Shown here: piece after piece, positions 21,107 through 30,929 of the stretch
Layout: every line of letters begins with the position of its first letter
Position numbering within the stretch: position 1 is the stretch's first letter
Source: Blastocatellia bacterium
GTDB lineage: Bacteria > Acidobacteriota > Blastocatellia > UBA7656
Reading direction: 5' to 3'
Assembly (NCBI GenBank): GCA_963765495.1
Contig: CAVXWP010000009.1
Coordinates: forward strand, 544,001-608,000
Length of the DNA stretch: 64,000 nt
Position numbers and translations under genes: made by a program
The notes under the pieces: model-generated
What the model was told of the DNA's origin: nothing
The model's database searches: none
Seen by the model: the letters and a program-made list of their open reading frames with translations, nothing else

Positions 21107-21212
21107 CAGTAGGCAGTTGATACTGAACTGACGAGAACCACTAAACAGAGCACAGCAGTATGCATATGAATAGTTGGTACCCAACTCCGTTACTGCTTAT
21201 TGCCTACTGCTA
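21107..21212. repeat. Inverted heptamer array, GCAGTAG family
   Basis: cagtaggcagttga ... ttactgcttattgcctactgcta; shares the core GGGTACCAACTATTC with element 1918-2082. Confidence 0.85.
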
Positions 21213-21383
21213 AAAGGGTAAGGGGAACAGAACCCATGATATCAGCAGTCCTATTCCGAGGAACGAGCCAAATATCTTGAGTCCGTGGATAAAGCGCTCG
21301 CGATTGGTTTCCGATCTGGGCTCTATTGTGGCCAGGACCGTGGCGGCGATGGCGGAGTAAAGCATCATCATCAGAACGTGCAT
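21210..21383 (-). CDS. Small two-TM membrane protein (57 aa), absent from ORF track
   Basis: MHVLMMMLYSAIAATVLATIEPRSETNRERFIHGLKIFGSFLGIGLLISWVLFPLPF*; TGATG overlap with the upstream gene. Confidence 0.75.
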   Translation of the reverse strand: MHVLMMMLYSAIAATVLATIEPRSETNRERFIHGLKIFGSFLGIGLLISWVLFPLPF

Positions 21384-21862
21384 CAGCGCTTCCTCCCTGC
21401 CGCTATATCATAAGCGTCATAGGCAACAAGGTAATTCAACAAACCCGCCAGAAAGGTGAACGTGTTGCCGTATTCGAAGGTCGCCGCCTGCGGTTGGTAA
21501 TGTGTTCCGAATCCTGTGATATAGGAAATACCGTAACAGAGTCCCGATCCGATTTGAGCGAAAAACCACAGCACCGAAATCAAATCGACGCTGAAGGTTG
21601 AGGGCGGTTCGGCCGCCGCAGGCCAGAACAAGCGGCCGTGGATGGCCAGCCCTAAGACGAATGTCCCGACAAGCAATCCAAAAAACAGGAGCGCCCGCCC
21701 GTAGCGGCCTAAGATGAGGTGTCCCGCGCCGGGTACGAGCCACGCCACTAAGGGGGCTGTTGCCTGCATAGCCTTCGAGTACGGCTTGAGAGTTTCGGTT
21801 GGATACCGGCGATCCGGGTAAGGACTTACGACCGGGTCGCTCGCGCTGTCTGTAGTCTGCAA
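21383..21862 (-). CDS. Membrane protein, DUF6677-like
   Basis: AWLVPGAGH...EYGNTF..LAGLLNYLV..DAYDIA pattern; AGGAG RBS. Confidence 0.7.
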   Translation of the reverse strand: MQTTDSASDPVVSPYPDRRYPTETLKPYSKAMQATAPLVAWLVPGAGHLILGRYGRALLFFGLLVGTFVLGLAIHGRLFWPAAAEPPSTFSVDLISVLWFFAQIGSGLCYGISYITGFGTHYQPQAATFEYGNTFTFLAGLLNYLVAYDAYDIAAGRKR

Positions 21863-22138
21863 TTATGCGCTCCTTTGCGAGTCTTTAGTAAAGAATATTC
21901 TAGGTGTGCGCCGCAAACAGTGTCAAGCAATCGCTCACCCGTGTAACTTGCATTTGACGAACGGCTTCCGCTATGATGGAACTATCTTAAAATATTAGAG
22001 AAAGGTCGAATCTCAAGATCAATATGAGACTCATCGTGAGCCAAGTCTCACGAATAATCGAAGCCGGTCCTCCAGCGGGTTGATGTCAGCCGATAAGGGC
22101 TGGTCATTCTCCCGCCTACGCCTTAAAGGAGGTGAAAG

Positions 22139-22411
22139 ATGGGAGAGAAAATGACCAATCGCCAGGTGCTCAAATTCAAAGCAGAAATTCTGACCGATGC
22201 GGAAATCGCAGAAGTCCTCGATTACATTATGATCATGGAGTCATTGCGCGAGCAGGCCACGAAGCCCGATCTGTTTGATGACGAGCTTGTGAACATGTTG
22301 GCCGATGCGCTCGAAAATCGCAGAGCGCGCGGCGTGGCCGAATGGGACCGCGTGAGGCGCAGAGCCGATAACCGCGCAACTTTGTTTGCCACCGCGAGAA
22401 AGTCTGTCTGA
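22139..22411 (+). CDS. Small hypothetical protein
   Basis: Strong AAGGAGGT RBS; 90 aa helical ORF. Confidence 0.7.
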   Translation: MGEKMTNRQVLKFKAEILTDAEIAEVLDYIMIMESLREQATKPDLFDDELVNMLADALENRRARGVAEWDRVRRRADNRATLFATARKSV

Positions 22412-22443
22412 GAAAGTCTGTCTGAGAAAGTCTGTCTGAGAAA
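22396..22443 (+). repeat. 14-bp direct tandem repeat, about 3.4 copies
   Basis: (gagaaagtctgtct)3 gagaaa spanning the stop codon. Confidence 0.92.
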
Positions 22444-22476
22444 TTCTCTCTAGCGCGCATCAGAGGATAAAGGTCG

Positions 22477-23316
22477 TTGCAATCCACCTTGCGATCAACT
22501 ATCAACTCAACCATCATAGCTCTCCTGATTTCGATCTTCTCTTTCAGCGGGGCGAGCCGGGTAGCCGCTCACCCGTCAAACATCCAACAATCTGACGAAT
22601 CGGTCGAAATAGCTCGCCTCACGCGCGCGCTCAATTCCGCAGAAGAAGACGAACGTCTCGGCGCGGTGCTGAATCTGGCGGCTACTGGAAGCCCGGCGGC
22701 TGTGCCTGCGCTCACCCGGTCTGCCAACGATTCGTCAGGCCTTGTGCGAGCGGCAGCGATTGACGGACTAAGCCTGCTGGCAGATGCAAGCGTCATCCCA
22801 CTGGTGGCCACCCACCTCACCACAGACAAGGATGTGATGGTTCGAAAGACGTCCGCTTATGCGCTTGGCAAGTTGCAAAGCCGGATAGACCGAAATCAGG
22901 CGCTCACGCCTTCCGAGCCTCGCCAGGCGACTCCTGCGCTTGTCGCCTCGCTAAATGACAAAAAGGATGAAGTGCGGGGCGCGGCTGCCGTGGCGCTCGG
23001 AGAATATAAAGATCGAGCGGCGGTTGAACCTCTTACGCGTTCGCTCAAAGATAAATCCGATTTCGTCCGCGCCTACGCAGCCCACGCTCTTGGAGTCAAT
23101 GGGCGCGCATCGGCACAGGCTGTCCCGATGCTGGTCAATCTACTAAGATCCGATCAGAACCTGAAGGTAAAACGCGAAGCCGCAGTCGCACTTGGATTGA
23201 TAGGCGACGGTTCGGCCTTGTCCGCGCTAAAAGAAGCGCAGATAAGCGATGACCCATACCTGAGCCGCGCCGCGCTCGAAGCGATTGAAAAGATCGAAAA
23301 ACCGGCCCCAAAATAG
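22477..23316 (+). CDS. Exported HEAT/PBS-lyase repeat protein
   Basis: Signal peptide; repeated D...VR..AA.ALG units. Confidence 0.85.
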   Translation: MQSTLRSTINSTIIALLISIFSFSGASRVAAHPSNIQQSDESVEIARLTRALNSAEEDERLGAVLNLAATGSPAAVPALTRSANDSSGLVRAAAIDGLSLLADASVIPLVATHLTTDKDVMVRKTSAYALGKLQSRIDRNQALTPSEPRQATPALVASLNDKKDEVRGAAAVALGEYKDRAAVEPLTRSLKDKSDFVRAYAAHALGVNGRASAQAVPMLVNLLRSDQNLKVKREAAVALGLIGDGSALSALKEAQISDDPYLSRAALEAIEKIEKPAPK

Positions 23317-23325
23317 ACTCCTTTT

Positions 23326-23387
23326 TTTGACAGGATAAACAGGATTTTTTCAAACCGATTTTTAGAAACCCTGTTTATCCTGTCAAA
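23326..23387. repeat. Inverted array, CAGGAT family
   Basis: Perfect 18-bp IR tttgacaggataaacagg / cctgtttatcctgtcaaa. Confidence 0.88.
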
Positions 23388-23510
23388 GTCTCTCTCTAAA
23401 GCCTTCGAATCCCTAGCGCCAATCCTTACCGAGTTGACGTATTTTGAAATGGGGTAATAGAATTCCTGCATCGATTGTTTGTGGTTTACTGGAAATAGCA
23501 GGAGAACTTT

Positions 23511-25052
23511 ATGCCATCATCGTCTCGTTCGACAAAGCTACTAACCGACCTCCAGCGCGCCGACCGGCTCAAAGGCGAGATTGCCGATTTTGCGACTGCC
23601 GGCCCGCTCTCTCAGGAATATGAGCGCCACCAGAAGTTGATCTTCGGCCTGTCGCACCCGCAAGGCGAGAACGAAGAGGAGAGCGTGCTTGACTGGTTTT
23701 TGTTCGAATGGTTTGACGACAACGGCGAAGGAGTGATCGAACATTTTCTGACATCGAAAGATGACATTGATGAAAAAGACCGCGACATCCTGGTTGAATG
23801 GGAAGATTCGATCAACAGCATATTCGAGATTCGCTCGCTTGATAAAAATGCGCTTCGCCTTCGCGACCTCGAAAGCCACGACCACTTCAACGTGCGCACA
23901 ATAACCGATCTGCTGAGTGAAACGCCTTTCGAGCGAGGCCAGTTCATCGCGGCTCGTCTATTACCTTTTGGCGACGCCTTTATATTTGCCGGGCCGCAGT
24001 TCATCCTGCCCGACCGCGAATCGGCTGTCGAGGCGCTTGAGATGTGTAACGCGCTGGACGACATAGGCTCGCCCGAATCCATAGAGCAAGCCCAGCAGGA
24101 GCAATGCGAAGCCTTCTGCGAGGTCTTTGGATGCAAGGAACTCACCATCGCGCCGGAGGAACTCACCCCGACGCTTGAACGGTTGCAGAACTACATGTTT
24201 TTCGAGCGCCGCGACCCGGAAACGAAGATGACGATGGCCGAAACATTCCAGGCTAAATTCGGCGTCGAGCTTCAGATTCTCGATATGCCGCCCCTGCCCG
24301 ACCAGCCTATGGGCGCGGGCGATGTGACAATTCTGTGCGACGAGTTCGACGGAATAGTCGTGCTGCCCGATTACAATAAATTCAAGCGCGTATTTGAGAC
24401 AGACCGGCCTGAAAAAGCGGTGCCTGACTGGGAAGAACTGGTATGGAACTACATCAAAGACCCCGATATACCAATCGTCGCGTTTGAGCGCGTGGCCGAG
24501 CGTGAGCCCGCCCGCGTTCAAAAAATTCTGGCCACGCTTCTCGAAGATAAAGATTTTTCGATAGAGCACCTCTACGCGGTGCTGCTGCATTACAAAGAGC
24601 CGGTCGAAGGTCTGAATGAACTTAAAGACGATGAGCGTTTATGGGATCTCTTCGACGGCAATAATGATTCTGCGTCACCGGGAAAGAAGTCGGCCTCAAA
24701 GGCTAAATTGAAAACCAACGGCAAGAGCCCGGCCCCGGTTAAAAAGAGCACAGCCGGGAATCCGGCTACAAAAGCCGCGAAGAGCGCGAAAGGCGTTTCC
24801 CGCTCGAAGACCGGCGGGAAATCTGAATCTGCAAAATCCAAAACTACAAATTCCAAAACTACAAATTCCAAAACTACAAATTCCAAAACTACAAATTCTA
24901 AATCTGCAAAGGCTGTAATATCGGCCAAAGCACCTGCGCTCAAGAGCGCGAAAAAGGCTACGGCGGCAAAAACAGTCGGCGCAGCCAGGAAAGTGGCGGC
25001 ATCCGGCGGCAAGGCTCAGACTCGCAAAAAAGCCCCGGCAAAAAAACGATGA
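23511..25052 (+). CDS. Hypothetical protein, acidic core with Lys/Ala/Ser-rich histone H1-like tail
   Basis: DWFLFEW...SIFEI...LRDL core; about 130 aa basic tail; AGGAG RBS. Confidence 0.8.
   Translation: MPSSSRSTKLLTDLQRADRLKGEIADFATAGPLSQEYERHQKLIFGLSHPQGENEEESVLDWFLFEWFDDNGEGVIEHFLTSKDDIDEKDRDILVEWEDSINSIFEIRSLDKNALRLRDLESHDHFNVRTITDLLSETPFERGQFIAARLLPFGDAFIFAGPQFILPDRESAVEALEMCNALDDIGSPESIEQAQQEQCEAFCEVFGCKELTIAPEELTPTLERLQNYMFFERRDPETKMTMAETFQAKFGVELQILDMPPLPDQPMGAGDVTILCDEFDGIVVLPDYNKFKRVFETDRPEKAVPDWEELVWNYIKDPDIPIVAFERVAEREPARVQKILATLLEDKDFSIEHLYAVLLHYKEPVEGLNELKDDERLWDLFDGNNDSASPGKKSASKAKLKTNGKSPAPVKKSTAGNPATKAAKSAKGVSRSKTGGKSESAKSKTTNSKTTNSKTTNSKTTNSKSAKAVISAKAPALKSAKKATAAKTVGAARKVAASGGKAQTRKKAPAKKR
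24837..24896 (+). repeat. Coding 15-bp tandem repeat x4 (SKTTN)
   Basis: (tccaaaactacaaat)4. Confidence 0.95.
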
Positions 25053-25750
25053 GGCTTTCCGACTGCATAGCAGATTTCATCACAAGGGCGAAGCATCAAA
25101 AACTCTCCGGTAATACCTCCGCCGACAAAAGCATCCACGCTCTTGAGTTGTTTAATTCTTATTGTTCTGCCGTCAGCGCAAACGATTCAAACAATATTAG
25201 TTCGGCCCTTGTGCGAGACTTCGCGCGATGGTACATCGAAGAAACAGGCGATTCCGAACATTCTCCATTAGAGCCTCAAACCCTGCTTGATTCGCTCGCG
25301 GATTTCCTCAGGCAGGCAGGCGAGCAGACAGACATAAAAATCGCGCAGGAGTGCAGGCCGGTGATTTCGGAGCTTAACGAGAGCCTGCCTCGGGCGATAG
25401 AGATAACCCGCGCGTTTGCCGATTATCTTAGCGAGCACCGGGGCGCGTTTTCTTTCCCTGAATTTCTTACATCGTTTGAAGAGGGCGGCCACAGCCAGTA
25501 CGACATTGGCCCCGGCGGAGAGGCGGCGGCGCTTGAAGGCTACTTTCGCATTGCGCGTGTGGAGGCGAATTTGATCGAGGCGGAAGACCTGATTACGGAA
25601 GAGCGAGTGTGGCCGGTAAATGTGCCCGACGAAGTGGCCCGATTGCTGAGACCCGATTACATAATCAATCTGGAAATTATCAGGACGCGGCAGGGATGGG
25701 AGGTCGCGGGCGGCGGCTTCGCATATCCGCCGCGCACCGCGATCATTTGA
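25049..25750 (+). CDS. Hypothetical protein
   Basis: ATGA overlap with the upstream gene; 233 aa. Confidence 0.75.
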   Translation: MRLSDCIADFITRAKHQKLSGNTSADKSIHALELFNSYCSAVSANDSNNISSALVRDFARWYIEETGDSEHSPLEPQTLLDSLADFLRQAGEQTDIKIAQECRPVISELNESLPRAIEITRAFADYLSEHRGAFSFPEFLTSFEEGGHSQYDIGPGGEAAALEGYFRIARVEANLIEAEDLITEERVWPVNVPDEVARLLRPDYIINLEIIRTRQGWEVAGGGFAYPPRTAII

Positions 25751-25808
25751 GAAGCTCAAAGCCAGTCGATCAGAACCATTCTGTTTCGTTCAGGAATGAA
25801 AAATATTC

Positions 25809-25872
25809 GCCACAGAGACACAAAGACACAGAGATTTTCAATCTTTTCTCTGTGCCTTTGTGTCTCTGCGGC
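25809..25872. repeat. Inverted nonamer array, CACAGAG family
   Basis: gccacagagacacaaagacacagag ... ctctgtgcctttgtgtctctgcggc. Confidence 0.88.
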
Positions 25873-25880
25873 TACTGCCA

Positions 25881-26453
25881 TTATCTCTGCTGGCGATAAA
25901 GCGCCTTATCAACTACGCCCGCCATGTCCTGCGCGTTCAGGCTGCCTTCCAGGAATTGATCTATCTTCTCGATGTGTTGTCCCGGATTCTTCAGGACTTC
26001 GTTGTAATTCACATAGAGGGTTTCCATGTTTGCTTGTTTTCCGAGCCAGGCTTCGATGTCGCGCAGATGTTTATTAAACATCTCGGCCATTCGCTCATCG
26101 CTCACGGCATCCGTAGGCTCGCCTCTTCGAATGAGCATCGCTCGTTGAGAATCGAGTATCTCTTGCATGTTTCTGCGCATGAAAATGAGCTTGTAATTGT
26201 GATTCTCGGGCAGGTGTTTGAGCAGAGCCGAGATGATCTTGACGACTTTGCCACGGGCTTCCGGGAGCCAGTCTTTATCTTTTGGCAGTTCCTTGACCCT
26301 CTCGAATTCGTAGTAGCCCTTCGGATTGCTCTCGTCGGCTTTTCTAATGTTGTCGGTCAGCGCCTGCAATCCGCCCGCGACAAGCATCTTCATCATCATC
26401 GAAGTGCCCGAACGAGGCAATCCCGACACTACGATTATCGAATCTCGATCCAT
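25881..26453 (-). CDS. Sulfotransferase-family (P-loop) protein
   Basis: VSGLPRSGTSMMM, NPKGYYE. Confidence 0.8.
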   Translation of the reverse strand: MDRDSIIVVSGLPRSGTSMMMKMLVAGGLQALTDNIRKADESNPKGYYEFERVKELPKDKDWLPEARGKVVKIISALLKHLPENHNYKLIFMRRNMQEILDSQRAMLIRRGEPTDAVSDERMAEMFNKHLRDIEAWLGKQANMETLYVNYNEVLKNPGQHIEKIDQFLEGSLNAQDMAGVVDKALYRQQR

Positions 26454-26492
26454 GAATTCTCTCCTTGTGAAAGCAGGTAATGAGGGGGCGTC

Positions 26493-26933
26493 TTACTCAT
26501 CCTCGTTGATTATCTCAAATCGCATCGAGATGTCGGATGCGGCGGAAAGCATGGCCGAGACGCTGCAATATTTCGTTTCCGACAATTCGATGGCATGGGC
26601 TACGGCCTTCGGATCAATCGAGTAACCGCGAACGTAATGAATCACTTCGATGCTGGTGTAGATGCGCGGATGTTCGTCGCGGCGATGGCCCCGCACTTCG
26701 ATCTCGTAGCCGGTCACGCGCTGTCTTTTCTTCTCCAGAATCCCGGTCACATCCGCCCCCGTGCAGCCGCCAAGCGCGATCAGCACAAGCTCCATAGGCG
26801 TGGGCGCGGATTCGTTTTCGTGAGCAAATCCTGTGACCATAGCGTGATTGCTCGGCGATTTGGCCACGAACTGTTCAGCGCCCGTGTAGCGGAGCCGGGC
26901 TACCTTCAATTCAGTTTTGACTTCTTCGGACAT
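26493..26933 (-). CDS. OsmC family (YhfA-like) protein
   Basis: PMELVLIALGGC...KYCSV. Confidence 0.9.
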   Translation of the reverse strand: MSEEVKTELKVARLRYTGAEQFVAKSPSNHAMVTGFAHENESAPTPMELVLIALGGCTGADVTGILEKKRQRVTGYEIEVRGHRRDEHPRIYTSIEVIHYVRGYSIDPKAVAHAIELSETKYCSVSAMLSAASDISMRFEIINEDE

Positions 26934-27035
26934 AAATCACCTCTGTTATCGAATTTGCCGAATTGTGTAAATTTCCGGCCAGGGGTAAATGATAGCACCG
27001 CAACAGGCGGGTCGAAAAGCAGAGGCACTACAGGG

Positions 27036-27078
27036 GGATTTGGGATTTGAGATTTGAGAACCGAGATTCGAATCTCAG
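27036..27078. repeat. Heptamer array, GATTTGA family
   Basis: gggatttgggatttgagatttgagaaccgagattcgaatctcagg. Confidence 0.7.
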
Positions 27079-27093
27079 GTCCGATAGCGCCGA

Positions 27094-28890
27094 TCATCCG
27101 AGCAGTATTTCTGCCGGTTCTTCCTTTCCAAACTGGATATCGTAGAGCCGGGAATAGAGGCCGCCAACTGCAAGCAACTCTTCGTGAGTGCCGCGTTCGA
27201 CCACCATGCCTTCGTCAATCACGAATATCACATCGGCTCGACGGATGGTCGCCAGCCTGTGCGCTATAACTATGGAAGTCTTCTCTTCCATCAAACGGTT
27301 GAGCGCGTCAAAGACCAGCTCTTCGGAAGCCGCATCGAGCCCTGAGGTAGGCTCGTCAAGTATCAGTATAGGCGTGTTACGGATTATGGCGCGGGCTATG
27401 GCTATTCGCTGGCGCTGGCCGCCCGAAAGCGTCACGCCGCGCTCGCCCACCATAGTAGCGTAGCCTTCGGGCAATTTCTCGATAAACTCGGCAGCGTTGG
27501 CAAGTTCGGCGGCGCGAATGATCTCTCGGCGCGTGGCTTCCGCTCTCCCGTAAGCGATGTTCTGCCAGATGGGTGCGCGAAAGAGCAAATTCTCTTGCAG
27601 CACGAAGCTGACCTGCTGGCGAAGCGATTTCAGCTTATAGCCGCGCACATCGCGCCCGTCGATCTTCACCTGCCCCGAAACCGGATCGTAAAAACGCGGT
27701 ATCAGGCTGATGATCGTGCTTTTTCCCGCACCCGTAGGGCCTACGAAAGCGGCTATCTGGCCGGGCTTGATATCAAAGCTTACGTCCTTGAGTATCGGGC
27801 GGTCCTCATCATACCCGAACCCTACGCGATTGAACTCTATCTCGCCTTTGAATCGGCGAGCCCACCGCGCGCCCGGCAGATTTCGCACCTGCCGCTCGGT
27901 TTCAAGCACCTCTTTTATGCGCTCAAATCCGACCGCGCTCTTCGAGAGCGTGTCGGTCATCTTCGACAGTTCACGCATAGGCTTGTACATCTTGCCGAGA
28001 TAGAGAAAGAAGACCAGCAACGCGCCCGTCGAAATCTGGCCCGAGATTACAAGCCGCGCGCCGTACCAGAGCACAAGACAGGTTCCGGCAGCGACAATGA
28101 CCTCGACCAGGGGCGAAAGCTTCGCCTTGATGCTGCGAGCGCGCAGGGCCATCTCTACGCTCTCCAGACTCTGCTGCTCGAACCTTTGCTCTTCGTAATC
28201 TTCACGGGCAAACGCCTGAACCACCCGCATGGATGAAAAGACTTCTGACACCGTGGAAACGACTTCGCCCTCTTTTTTCCTGACTTCGCGCGAGGCCTTC
28301 TTGATGCGGTGCGTGAAACTGTAGACTACTAAAAAGAGCGCGGGCGCGACCGATAGCGCGATCAATGTAAACTGCCAGTTCAGATAAAACATGACCGCGA
28401 GCATCCCGACAAGCGTCAGCACATTCACAACTATCCCGAGCAGCGCCGAGGAGATAAAACTTTGAATCGCGTCGATGTCGCTTGTGACCCGGCTGATCAA
28501 ATCGCCCGTTTTTTTATTGTCGTGATAGGCAAGCCCGAGCCGCTGGATGTGATGATAAAGCGTGCTTCTGAGATCGTGCATAACCCACTGGCCGACGCTC
28601 GTTGTAAGGAAGTTTTCCGTGTAGGAACTGACGGCGCTCACAAGCGCAATCATCAGGACCGCAATCGCCGCGAAATTCAGGATAGCCAGTTTGTCCTGAC
28701 CTGGAGTCGAGTTTACGAAACCGGCCAGCCACTCCGGCATCTGTTTTGAGCCCAGCACATTATCGAAGACTATCTTCAGGGGCCAGGGCTCAAGCAGATC
28801 GGTCAGGCTTTCGCCTATGACTGCGATAAATGCGATGCCGAGTGTTTTCCAGTGAGGCCGCAGAAGCTCATAGATACGAATTTTTTTCAT
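27094..28890 (-). CDS. ABC exporter, fused permease/ATPase (MsbA-like)
   Basis: TM domain, GPTGAGKS, LSGGQRQR, LDEPTS; ATG 28890 preferred. Confidence 0.92.
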   Translation of the reverse strand: MKKIRIYELLRPHWKTLGIAFIAVIGESLTDLLEPWPLKIVFDNVLGSKQMPEWLAGFVNSTPGQDKLAILNFAAIAVLMIALVSAVSSYTENFLTTSVGQWVMHDLRSTLYHHIQRLGLAYHDNKKTGDLISRVTSDIDAIQSFISSALLGIVVNVLTLVGMLAVMFYLNWQFTLIALSVAPALFLVVYSFTHRIKKASREVRKKEGEVVSTVSEVFSSMRVVQAFAREDYEEQRFEQQSLESVEMALRARSIKAKLSPLVEVIVAAGTCLVLWYGARLVISGQISTGALLVFFLYLGKMYKPMRELSKMTDTLSKSAVGFERIKEVLETERQVRNLPGARWARRFKGEIEFNRVGFGYDEDRPILKDVSFDIKPGQIAAFVGPTGAGKSTIISLIPRFYDPVSGQVKIDGRDVRGYKLKSLRQQVSFVLQENLLFRAPIWQNIAYGRAEATRREIIRAAELANAAEFIEKLPEGYATMVGERGVTLSGGQRQRIAIARAIIRNTPILILDEPTSGLDAASEELVFDALNRLMEEKTSIVIAHRLATIRRADVIFVIDEGMVVERGTHEELLAVGGLYSRLYDIQFGKEEPAEILLG

Positions 28891-28981
28891 CGAGGGGTGC
28901 GGATAAACCGCCGTTTGCTCCGAATTGTGCGTCCACTTATTGATTGAAACACAGGGCTCACGGTTTAGCAATCAAAGCGCT

Positions 28982-29071
28982 GGTGATGCGGGGTGCGTGA
29001 TGCGTGATGTTCAGAAAGATAGCTGTTATCAGCAGGCTGCCTACTTTCACGAATCACGAATCACGAATCAC
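28982..29071. repeat. Inverted heptamer array, GTGATKC family
   Basis: GTGATGC-like units facing (TCACGAA)3. Confidence 0.88.
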
Positions 29072-29076
29072 ATCTC

Positions 29077-30375
29077 TCAAATCTCTTGAAATCTAGCCCA
29101 TAGCTTCCGGCTCGCCTTGCGCGCCCGGTCATAAAGATTGCCCGCGTCAAAAGTAAATCGCCTGTCTCTGATGATGAATCGCCCGTTTACCATAACACTC
29201 TCCACTGCCGCCGAAGTCTGGGCAAACGCAAAATGCCAGGCAAGATTCTCTGATGCAACCGGCGTAGGCGATGCGTAGTCGAGAACTACGAGATCGGCCA
29301 CGGCCCCTTCGCAAAGATTGCCGATCTCAAGGCCAAAGAGTTCGGAGGCCATTCGCTGATTGTTATGAAGCACTCTGAGCCAGTAAGCAGCGTCGAGGCT
29401 CGCCCGCTCGTCGCGCCCTTTGAAGAAAGCGTATCGAGCCTCTTCAAACATATCCGCGCCGATGCCGTCTGTGCCAAGCGCCATACGTTCGCCGAATTTT
29501 TCAACCGGCGCATAACCTACTCGATTGTTCATGTTCGAGCGAGGATTATGAGCAAACCACACGCTCCGGCTGCGAGCTATATCAATATCGCGGTCGCTCA
29601 AATGCGTGCCGTGCGCGAGGATGGTCCGATCATTGAGCGCACAGTGTTTATCGAGGCGCTCGACTACGCCGAGGCCGTACCTTCTGCGAGCATCTTCGAC
29701 ATCGCATAAATCTTCGGCCACGTGAATGTGAAGCCCTGTCTTATAGGCGCGCATCAATTCGGCGCAGGCGGCAAGAGATCGGTCTTCAAGCGTGAACGAA
29801 GCGTGCGCGCCTACAAGCCCGCGAAACATATCCGACCCCGCAGACCATTCAATGAAAGCGCGATTCTCTTCGATCCCTTCATCGCGCAGCTTCGGCCCGC
29901 CCCTGTCCGTCACCTCGTAACAGAGCGCGCCGCGAAGCCCCACTTCTGAAATCGCCTCGCGCAGAATCTGGAGCGATCCTCTTATATGCGAAGGCGAAGC
30001 GTGATGATCAAACAGACAGGTAGCGCCTGATCTCGCCGCATCGAGCGCACCTGCAATCGCGCTCCAATAGATCGTCTCTTCATCGAGCGCGCAATCCAGC
30101 CGCCACCAGACCAGTTCCAGTATCTCTCTGAAATCAGAGGGCGTTTGAGGGGGCGCGGGCATACCGCGAGCGAGAGCCGAATAAAGATGCGTGTGAGCGC
30201 AAACCATTCCGGGCATCAGCAACCGCCCGTCGAGCGTGATTACCTCTTCGCCCGCACGCGGCTCAAGGCTCAACCCTCGCTCTGTAATTCGCCCGCCTGA
30301 AACGCGCAAATCCGCGCGTTCAAGCGCAACCGGGTCGAGGGTTACGAGCGTGGCCGATTTGAAAAGAGTAGACAT
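29077..30375 (-). CDS. ssnA: SsnA-like amidohydrolase
   Basis: HTHLYSALARG, DHHASP, GAHASFT, HIHVAE, HNPRSNMNN, LGTDG. Confidence 0.8.
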   Translation of the reverse strand: MSTLFKSATLVTLDPVALERADLRVSGGRITERGLSLEPRAGEEVITLDGRLLMPGMVCAHTHLYSALARGMPAPPQTPSDFREILELVWWRLDCALDEETIYWSAIAGALDAARSGATCLFDHHASPSHIRGSLQILREAISEVGLRGALCYEVTDRGGPKLRDEGIEENRAFIEWSAGSDMFRGLVGAHASFTLEDRSLAACAELMRAYKTGLHIHVAEDLCDVEDARRRYGLGVVERLDKHCALNDRTILAHGTHLSDRDIDIARSRSVWFAHNPRSNMNNRVGYAPVEKFGERMALGTDGIGADMFEEARYAFFKGRDERASLDAAYWLRVLHNNQRMASELFGLEIGNLCEGAVADLVVLDYASPTPVASENLAWHFAFAQTSAAVESVMVNGRFIIRDRRFTFDAGNLYDRARKASRKLWARFQEI

Positions 30376-30386
30376 TTACAATCGAA

Positions 30387-30863
30387 TCAGCCGGCAGCCC
30401 ACTTTTTCAGGAAAGCCGAGAATTTTTCAAGGTCATAAGACTTGCCTGCTTCGAGCAGTCCGGTGTCCTGCGAATGGAGCAGTTTGCCGTCCCGGTCGAG
30501 AACGAATATGTGCGGATAGCCTTTTATCTCAGGATAGCGCTTGAGCACCACTTCGTTCTTGTTCTCGGGGCTGAAGTTGATTTTCACCATGATGAAATTC
30601 TTTTCCCTGAACTCGAGCAGTTCGGGATGCTCTTCGAAATAACGATCCATCGTATGACACCAACTGCACCATTCGCCGCCGACTTCGAGCAGTATGCGTT
30701 TGTTCATCATTTTGGCATCAGCAACTGCATCGCGAATATCTTTATCCGCGTTTCTCGCGGGATCATATTTCGCCACCGGGACATAATTCTGCGCGAATGC
30801 GTTTAGAGAGAGAGCCCCAATAAAAAGAACGAGGCATGACAAAAGCAATCTATTCACAATCAT
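30387..30863 (-). CDS. Exported thioredoxin family protein
   Basis: Signal peptide, WCSWC, GYP. Confidence 0.88.
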   Translation of the reverse strand: MIVNRLLLSCLVLFIGALSLNAFAQNYVPVAKYDPARNADKDIRDAVADAKMMNKRILLEVGGEWCSWCHTMDRYFEEHPELLEFREKNFIMVKINFSPENKNEVVLKRYPEIKGYPHIFVLDRDGKLLHSQDTGLLEAGKSYDLEKFSAFLKKWAAG

Positions 30864-30929
30864 ACTCCTTCCGTATTTCCTTTCGGGCTGATGAATTGAT
30901 TATACACCTGAGAATCTTTTTCGCTCTGG

